Shown in pieces: positions 54,061 to 64,000 of a stretch of DNA of 64,000 nt. Made by a program: the position numbers and the translations under genes. The notes under the pieces were generated by a model. That model was not told where the DNA came from. It was given only the letters and a program-made list of their open reading frames with translations, and did not search any database. How positions within the stretch are numbered: position 1 is the stretch's first letter; the number at the start of each line of letters is the position of its first letter. Origin of the DNA: Octopus vulgaris (taxonomy: Eukaryota); NCBI GenBank assembly GCA_951406725.2, contig OX597839.1, positions 16,802,001 to 16,866,000 on the forward strand, written 5' to 3'.

Positions 54061-55224
54061 ATCATCCTCACAGACACTCACACACAGTGTATATATTGTA
54101 TCACTATTTTGACCAGATGCAGTTAAATACCATCAATCACAATGTGCTTCCTCGCATTAGTGCAGCTTTCAATTGATGCCACCCCACTGGCTGGGTGGGT
54201 AGGCCAACATTCTTCCCTTGAATAGGATGCTGGTCCATCCCAGGGTTACCCTTTTGAGAGAACTGTAGCAATAGGAAATGAAGTATTTTGTTCAAGAGCA
54301 CAATGCACTGCCAATATAGGAATTGAAACCATGAACATGCTTTCACATGCACACATGCACATACATACACACATATAAACTCATACTGACCACTTCCACA
54401 CACATAAATACATAAACTAACAAATAAATCCCACACACATATGCACTAATACAATAAAGCAGCACACACACACACATTTCAATACAATAAATCATATTTT
54501 TTATTCTTTTGCTTGTTTCAACATGTTTGTTGCCAGTCCCGCCTTACTGGCTCTGGTGCCGGTGGCACATAAAAAGCACCCACTACACTCTTGGAGTGGT
54601 TGGTGTTAGGAAGGGCATCGAGCTGTAGAAACTCTACCAGACCAGATTGGAGCCTGGTGCAGCCGCTAGCTCTCCAGACCTCTGTCAAACCGTCCAACCC
54701 ATGCCAGCATGGAAAACGGGTGTTAATTGATGATGATGATGAAGATGATGATGATATGCAGTAACATATACATATCAACGTAAATATGATAAACCATTCA
54801 CAAAACACACACAAACACTTTTCAATTTTTCACGCATGTGATCACGAGTGTAGGAACCACTTTTATGAAGACTCACTTGCATATATGCAATGCACCACTT
54901 GTGCCGTACACAAGCTTGCATATACCAACCGTCATCTGACACATGGATACACTAAGCTGACTATAGATACACACACATATAATTGTGCACAAACGCACAC
55001 ACACACACACACACACACACCTATTACATGTAGCAGACCACCAAATCCTGTTCTTCACTCCTGTGTTATAATTTGGGATGATGACCACTATTAATGTTTC
55101 TGCTTGAGCATTAAGTTTATTTTTATCACCCTTAAAATACCCAAAACAGCAATACCTGCACACACACACACACACACACGCATTCACACACACACATACA
55201 CACACATTCATACTCTCACACACA

Positions 55225-55282
<58 letters not shown>

Positions 55283-55989
55283 CTCTCTCTCTCGCTCCCC
55301 CTTCTGTCTTCGTCGTATTTTTCACAATTAAAATAATAACATTCTTGTCATTTTTACCGTATTCCACACTGAAACATTTATAATTTATGTTTAAAAGAAA
55401 TTTTTAAAGAACCATGTTTTTCAAATTTTTTTCCATTTTTTAACAATTTTGTTCCCACAACCAACACCCTTTTCTTCACACTTTTGCCACCTCATACTTG
55501 TTAATTTCTTTTAAACCCAAAATGTAATTATATATATACATGCTAAAAAAGAATTTCATTGAAGAGATTTTCCCTACATGGTGAATTGTAAAGAATAAAT
55601 ATATAATAGAAAAAGAAAAAGCACACAGTTCATATAATTTTAAAGGATAGAATATGATGATAGTCAACCGGTTTCACCGTTTGCTAATCATGACATTGAA
55701 ATTGGTGAAAGTATTGCAATTGTATTTTCTTAAGAAGTTTTTAGTCCATGTTGCTTGTATGAGAGTTTGTTTATTATAGTTCTTTCTGCTATAGGCACAA
55801 AGTGTGGCAGTTTGGAAAAGGGGTTAATTGATTTCATTGTCCCCAGTACTTAAATGGTACTTATTTTATCAACTTTGAAAGAATGAAAGACAAAGTCAAT
55901 GGTATATTGAATAATTTGTTTCTATTCTTGGAATGATTTTATCATAGTCTCAGGTTTTTTTTTAACGATTTTGTGTCCCAAACAAGGCT

Positions 55990-56200
55990 TGAAGTGACTG
56001 TAATATAAGGGACTACAAAAAACGAAAAGAAAGGGCCAACAAATTCAAAAGATGTTGATTGACAAAAAGCTTAAAGGACTGCATATCATAGGTGAGAGGA
56101 AAACAAGATGATAGTACTGAATTCCAGAGAGTAGCACTTGAAGGAAAGAATCTACTAGAATAAAAGGAATTATGACTATTAGGAAGCTCAACAAGAATGT
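55990..56200 (-). mobile_element. LINE 3' ORF fragment (CR1/L2/Jockey-group type C-terminus)
   Basis: FYSSRFFPSSATLWNSV.SSCFP.TY..QSFK..VNQHL. Confidence 0.6.
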
Positions 56201-56429
56201 CCATAAATTGAAATATCTTAATAGAGAAAAAGTTGTTCAAGTTGGCCATCAATGCAAACACTGTAAGCTGGTAAATATTGATAAATGTTTCTTTTGCTCT
56301 TAATTCATTTAATTTTTTTGCTGTATAGAAAAATGTAATTTTAAGGTGAAAAAAATTAATAAACATATGGAAGCAAAAGTGTAGAAAAAGAAAAGGTGTT
56401 GGTAAGGACAAAAATAGGCTTCAAGAGGA

Positions 56430-58420
56430 ATTTTTTCTTCAAGAATGGAATGGTAAGGTTGATGGAGCAGAGTTCAGAAATTAGAAAAATATGGATTTTG
56501 AAAAAATATTTTATGCAAATTACAAGTCTATGATACCTGTTTCAAGTTGTGAAATACTATAAAAATGAGGGAAAAAAAATTAAAATTAATAATATTTTAT
56601 TTTAATTGTGAAAAGTACAATGATGGAAGATTGAGTAGGGGAATTTATTCTTTAAAATGCAAATTAATTAGATGCACAAAAAAATAGAGCATACAACAGC
56701 ATATTGAAATTAACTGAAATAGTGCTACTTTATGTTGATTGATTAACACAGATACTTTTTTACGAGATCAAGAATTATCATTTTGGGGTCCGGGAATTAT
56801 CAGTTTGGGGTCATTTTGAATCAAAAGAATCCAATAATTGTGGAAATTATAAAGAGTTCTTATATTTAATCATAATTGTGATGAAAAATTGACAAGCCTT
56901 CGAGGCACAGTTTCTGTTTTCTTGGGTCTCTCAAACAAAAATCTCAAAATGACTTGATTGATGTGATTTACAAAGTTATGTTGACTTGACTGAAATAGAA
57001 AATGAACTGAAGCAGGTTAAATTTGTTGTTGTTCTTAGAGATGAAACATTCAGTGTAATGAACTGTTCACAACTGTCAGATATTTTGGATTATGTCACAA
57101 AAGATTGTGTTGCTAATTAACAGTTTATCAGTTTTAGCAAAGTTAAATCATTCAGCAAATCTGAACATGTTTTTAAATGCATTAAAACATAAAGGCGTGG
57201 AAACAAATTAATTGCACAGACCTATGATTGTGCCACTACCATGGCAGGAAAATTAAGTGGGTTGCAGTCGATGATAAAGGAGAAATATGAACGTATGATC
57301 TTCATTGTTGTACTCATGTACTAAATTAAGTTCTTTCATAAGCATGCTCTACAATAAAAGAATGCCAAAATCTTTTCTACAATAAATAGACTGGGTATGT
57401 TTTCTTTACAAAATCACCCAAAAGAACTAATGTGTTAGATAATATTGTTGAAGAAAAAAAAAAAGATGTATCAATGCAACAGCATCTACAGGGAATTATT
57501 CATTGTGTCTCATTATAACTACAAAAGAAAATTGTGATTTCCTCATCAGCCTTTCTAAAAACATCATAGAAAATCCTGAAGTATGATGAGTTGAGAGCAC
57601 AATAAATTCTGCAACCAGATTCTTACATAATTTGAAAGATCCCAATTTCTTATTTTCATTTGAAGTATTTAGTGATATATTTCTTTCACTGATGTCTTAA
57701 CATACTTCAGACAAAAAGTTTTGACATAGTGTATTGTAAAGAGCAAATACATACAACTACAACCGTGCTCGAAAATAAACTGGACAATTTTTCAATATTT
57801 TTAGAAATGTTAGGGGAAAACTATAGAATCAATGCAACAATGCAAATCAAAAGATCCAAGAATAAATCTATCGACCCACAACAATATTGTAAAATGTTCT
57901 ACACCAAACTTATTGGCACAATAGTTGACCAATTAAAAACAAGATATTCACCCCTAAAAGAGCTTAAATTCATGGAACTTTTCAATTTTAGCAAAGCTGA
58001 AGAATATTGCAAAAGGTTTCCGGTAGATGCTTTAAATTCTTTAAAAACCACTTGTAAATTTTTTGTGACAATTTGTTTACAGAACAAATGGAATGTTATA
58101 TATTCAATGAAAGATTTTCAAAAGCTTAAAAAGCAAATCATAGGCAATTTGATGCATTATATTTATATAAATGATCATATTGAAGCTATGCCAGAACTCT
58201 TCAATAGTTGCAGTTTGAATTTGGCAATTCCTTCTACCTCTCTAGAGAGGTCCTTTTATATATTGAAGAGAATTACAACTGATCAAAGAAATACAACGGG
58301 AGAGAAAAGACTTTCAGGGTTGATTCTTAAAAGACTTACTCCTAATTAAAACAGAAGATTTCTATGAGAATAAATGTATTTGCAATACAAGCTGAAGAAT
58401 CGAATTAATTAATAAATAAG
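56430..58420 (+). pseudogene. Decayed hAT (ZMYM1-like) transposase
   Basis: Relics GNYKE, DET and AQTYD, plus the C-terminal dimerisation motif IPST.LERSFYILKRI....RNTTGEKRLSGL. Confidence 0.8.
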
Positions 58421-58864
58421 GTGAGTAACTAATTGTATTTTTTGCACATCTTTTCTTAACATGACCATGTTATGAAAATAAATCGTTTATCTTCAGGAAA
58501 TTATTTCAGAAACGATTCAACTCAACTATTAAGTATTTATTGCATGACCAATCTCAAAAGTCACTGCAAACCACTGAGATATATATATATATATATATAT
58601 ATACATGCATATATATATATATTTATATATACATGCATATATATATACATGCATATATATATATACATGTATATATACACATATATATATATACATGTAT
58701 ATATATATACACATATATATATGTATATATATACACATATGTATGTATATATATATACATATGTATGTATGTATATATACTTATATATATATATATACAT
58801 GTACATATGTATGTATGTATATATACTTATATATATATATATAAATATATATATATGTACATCA

Positions 58865-59156
58865 CATCACATCACATGACCGACCAGTCCATCAGATGTA
58901 GTTACACATCGCTGGTCACAATGCGTTCACATTGGTTTAGCCTTCAAATGAGGCCAACCCGCTGGCTAAGCGAGCAGGCCAACAGAAGAAAGAGTGGGAG
59001 AAAGAGTGGTGAGAGAATACAGCAGGGATCACCAGCTCCTGCCGGAGCCTAGTGTTTTCGCTCAATAAACACTCACAACGCCCGGTCTGGGAATTGAAAC
59101 CATGATCCTACGACCGCGAGTCCGCTGCCCTAACCACTGGGCCATTGCGCCTCCAC
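58865..59156 (-). mobile_element. Young tRNA-derived SINE family D with (ATGTG)n tail
   Basis: GGAGGCGCAATGGCCCAGTGGTTAGGGCAGCGGACTCGCGGTC...GGTTTCAATTCCC head. CpGs retained. Confidence 0.75.
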
Positions 59157-59247
59157 ATATATGTGTACATATGTATATATATATATACACTCACATGGAT
59201 ATATATATATATGCATATATATATATATATATACAAGCATATGTATA

Positions 59248-59311
<64 letters not shown>

Positions 59312-59914
59312 TTTATGTATATATATATGGTGGGCTTCTTTCAGTTTCCATCTACTGAATTCATTTGCAAGGCCCAGGGCTGTTGAAGACATTTACCCAA
59401 GTTGCAATACAGAGCAACTAACTCCTGAACCATGTGGCTGACAAGCAAACTTCTTACCACACACTTATGTATTCATGTATGCAAGTATATATGTGAATAC
59501 ACATACATACCTAAGTGCATACACATTCACACATATACATACATATCATTATCATTGTTTTAATGTTCACTTACACATGCTTGCATTAGTCAGACAAAAT
59601 TCATTGAAGTAGAATTTTCTATTGCTTGTTACTCTCCTTGTGACCAAGCCTCACCTCATCAAATTAAGTTACTGTATTCACTTGTCCTTTGAATTACAAC
59701 CACCTCAACGATTGGAGATGTTTTCACAGAGGGTTGCAAGCAAATGTAAGTTTTTGTATAATGGTAACACTAGCTTGCAATTCACATGCACATGTCAGCA
59801 CACAGATATCACAGATATATGCACTCACAGTCATGCATTAACACAAAATCATGGATGTATATATGTGCATGTGTAAGTATGTATATATGTAGCTCGATAC
59901 ACATACACACACAA

Positions 59915-59949
<35 letters not shown>

Positions 59950-60059
59950 ATGAAATTATTGTATACAGTGCTCAGGTGCACCACAAGCTCATACTACTAT
60001 ATAATAGTAGTATTGTTTGCATGAAGAATTGTCTGTTATAGAAAAATGCAAGCTTTAAG

Positions 60060-60560
60060 AAATTATACAAGTTTATATTTTTACCTTATATTTCAATATT
60101 TCGGGGTTAAAACCCTTTTTTCAGGAAATCACGAGAGAAATGATGTTGTGTGCTGACTTCTTTGTTCTGTATATAAAGGGTTGCTTTGCATGTGTCAGAT
60201 AGCATTGCTATAGTAGCCAACCAGTTGTGTGCAGCTTGTTTCTGTTGTTAATATGTGGCTTGGTCTTGCTAATTAAGATGGCCTTTTTCATTCTCGGGTT
60301 CCCAATGTTTCATTCTGTGGTTTCAATGGAAACCTGGCTGTCTTGGTTTGGAATTCCCAAAGGTATTTTTTGACAGAAGAAGCATTTGCATAATGGTATT
60401 TCTTAACCCACAAGTGTACTTGTCTGATGGCACTTCGGATGTAGGATTTGCTACATTTGCTGCATGTAATTTTATACACCATGTAGAAACCAAGCACAGG
60501 TACTTTTGTCATTGACTAGGCATTTGAGCAATGTACATATGATGTTATTTTTAGTTAGGA
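60060..60560 (-). mobile_element. Decayed PLE 3' end (GIY-YIG relic plus decayed hammerhead at 60091-60128)
   Basis: VYKITCSKCSKSYI...R.....H. UUUC-CUGAAAAAA-GGG-UUUUAA-CCCC-GAAA-UA-UU^GAAA. Confidence 0.7.
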
Positions 60561-60976
60561 CCCACATTTTAACAAAAAGAAAATAAGAAGGAAAATGATG
60601 CAATCTGTAGGGAGGAATTGAATATATGACTAGTATGCTCTGGACCCTCCCTGCCTGACCCATTCAAGCATGGAAAAAGTGGTCAGACGATGATGGCGAC
60701 AGTGACAATGATTCTGATATACACAGACTAACATATACACTTCAGCTGTTTTTGGACCAGTATTTGTATGCTAATAATAACACATACACATAAATAGACA
60801 CACACACACATAGATCAACGTTATTATCAAAGTCTACATTGTTACTTTATATTCTCAAATTTTAACTTTCATTTTTCCTCATAACTAACAATAGACACTT
60901 AGATACACACACAAGCACATTCATACACATATACACAAACACACACATGGAGATACTCATATACATATTGACACAG

Positions 60977-61020
<44 letters not shown>

Positions 61021-61497
61021 TTGCATTCATTCACACCAATTCTCTGCTATTTACCTCCACCTCTTGGTGGCTCCTCTCACCACCACCACCACCACATTCT
61101 TTCCTCCTCTTCCTTCTCCTCCTGATCCTTCATAAACTTTTTTCTTTTCAAAGCTAAATGTTTCTCCCTCCCCCATCAACTCACCTACTCTAACAACACA
61201 CACAGCAACATAATCATATATTCTGATACATATACTCACACATTCATAGGCACATACAGAAACATAGACTTACACATACTTTTATACATACATAATATAT
61301 ATCTATATATATATATATATATATATGCACACATACACATGCATATATACAGACGTATGTATATGCACAACACGTACACTCGCATACATATACACACACA
61401 CACATATATATATATATATCCTCATAGTGACTATATATATATTCATACCGTTCTCTTTCTCTCTCTCTCCCTCTCTCCATATATATATGTATGTATG

Positions 61498-61529
<32 letters not shown>

Positions 61530-62343
61530 CATACACACATACATTCACACAAAGTACAAGAAAGTATCATTCTCAGTTTTATGTCTTTCCATCCAAGATT
61601 GGCACACATACTCACACACATGCTTACATACGTGCTCACAAACTCACACATGCACACACACACACACACAATCACAAACCTCTATATTCAGACCATCCGA
61701 AACACATACAGATAGATGTATATACATACATTCAGACACTGACATATACCAAGTTCCTTCTCTTCCTTGTGTGACACAAACTCACACACGCACACATACA
61801 CACACACACTCAGGTATATATGCACACACACCAATGTATCATCCTCGATTCTATTCCTCTACATCCTAAAACCCAAATGTACACAGACACATACACACAT
61901 GCACACACACGTACAAGCACACACACATGCAAACACACACACACACACATATACACAAACACACACATGCAAACACACACACACACATATACACAAACAC
62001 ACACATGCACACAAACACACACATGCACACACATACTGAATTGCACACACATATACTCACAAACGTACACTCACACTTGAAACTTCTCACAGGCACATAT
62101 ATGTATTTACAGACATAGATAACACAGCAACAAAGTCACCTCCTTGTCTCACTCTCTGTACAGAAGACAGAAGCTCAAATACCTACATGCATAGATGCAC
62201 ACACGCACACACACACACACACACACTCACTCACTCACACACACACACACATATATATATATCCTCACATGTAAATATTTCTCACTACCAGACAGCAACA
62301 AGAACAACAACAAAGCCACTGCCAATACCACCACCACAACAAA

Positions 62344-62374
<31 letters not shown>

Positions 62375-62626
62375 TAGCTGACTTTTCAAGGATTGATTAA
62401 TAATTGAATGTCTATAATATGGTTTCTGCAGCATCTTTGAAACTTTGGACAGGATCCAAATAATGGTCTCTTGGTCTCCTGATATATACATAAGTTTACT
62501 CATATAAACACACACACACACAAACACACACATTATGAACATACAGACAAGCACACAAGCACAAGTACTAAATTACATCTGTATTTACATATTTATTATG
62601 TACACATACACACATGCATGTATGTA

Positions 62627-62657
<31 letters not shown>

Positions 62658-62940
62658 GTATGTATAGAGGGAGATAGATATGTATCTATCTATCTACCTC
62701 TATAGATATATAGACAGATAGATAAATATGTTTATATGTATTCATACATACATGGGTGTATACACACACTCACACACATGTGTATATACATACACACACA
62801 TATATGCATACTTATATATATATACACAAATACACATTTATATGTATGTATGAATGTATATAATATATTATATCTATATAATATATATACACATATATGT
62901 ATATATAATATATATATGCATTATATATATATGTATATAA

Positions 62941-62972
<32 letters not shown>

Positions 62973-63187
62973 ATATATATATATATATATACATATATAT
63001 ATACACATATATATATATATAATATATATTATATATATAGATAATCTATATATATATAATATATGATATATATTTATGTCAATTCCAAAAAAGCATCCGT
63101 AAAGTAAAATTATGTAGCAATACCAAATGGTGGTGCCCCAGCATGGCCACAGCTCATGAGCTGAAACTTGATCAAATCAAAATCAAT

Positions 63188-63226
<39 letters not shown>

Positions 63227-63228
63227 AA

Positions 63229-63281
<53 letters not shown>

Positions 63282-63304
63282 ATAATAATAATAATAATAA
63301 TAAT

Positions 63305-63343
<39 letters not shown>

Positions 63344-63568
63344 CACACACACATGCACACACATATATATATATAATATATATATAAATATGTATATATA
63401 TACATATATGTACATATATATATAAATATGTATATATATATATATAAATATGTATAATACTAATATTAATAGTAATAATAATGATGATTAAAATAATAAT
63501 AATAATAATAAGAAGAACAACAACAACAATTATCGGACTGCATCAGGTCTGACATGTCATAGGTGAGC

Positions 63569-63615
<47 letters not shown>

Positions 63616-63670
63616 TATATATATATAATACAAGTAAGGAGATGAATGAATTTAGCCCAAATTTATTATT

Positions 63671-63784
63671 AGTAACAATTGTTTCAGTACCACTCCTTTT
63701 CTAAAGCCATTGCATGGTTCCATGTGAGAAGTCAGTCAATGCATATTTGTGGTTGATTTTATTTGTGTAGCACTTCATCATACT
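63671..63784 (-). ncRNA. Degenerate hammerhead (C3A) in a PLE pLTR relic
   Basis: AGU-AUGAUGA-AGUGCUAC...GUGGUACU-GAAA-CAAUUG-UU^ACU. 8-bp stem II, palindromic stem III. Confidence 0.65.
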
Positions 63785-64000
63785 GACATAATTATATTGT
63801 GCAACAAACATACATCTTATATTGTCTATAAAGAGAAGTAAGACAAGAAGTATAAAATATGAATAAAAAATCGAGGAAGAAAATGGTTAACAATAAGACA
63901 ATAATAATAATGATTCTTTCTTTTACAGGCTCTAGGCCTGAAATTTTGTTGAAGGGGTCTACTTGATTACATTGACTCCAGTACTTCACTGGTACTTATT

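Noticed and set aside
59085-59156. tRNA gene (also 21765-21836)
   Set aside because: Acceptor stems are incomplete and the sequence runs into a SINE body, so these are SINE heads.

Overview
AT-rich, microsatellite-dense animal DNA. The SINE and RTE repeat families suggest a cephalopod (Octopus-like) genome, but that is inference. Most ORFs in the track are artefacts of (TA)n, (CA)n and trinucleotide repeats. The real content is largely transposon-derived: Penelope-like elements (PLEs, GIY-YIG with or without RT) with inverted pseudo-LTR ends inside (TA)n arrays; RTE LINEs (one ~3 kb copy with RT); CR1, R4/Dong-type and Tx1-type LINE relics; mariner, maT, pogo and hAT relics; a non-autonomous Helitron; and many tRNA-derived SINEs. 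The most striking signal is RNA-structural. By eye I find about 12 type-I hammerhead ribozyme motifs (3-4 with an intact core) and one Ingi/L1Tc Pr77-like HDV-fold ribozyme candidate. One tRNA-headed SINE carries a PLE-type hammerhead and a PLE-type inverted 3' end, which suggests a Penelope-mobilised SINE. A few candidate host exons lie on the minus strand, but no host gene can be named. Coordinates of decayed repeats are approximate, and all RNA folds were done by hand.
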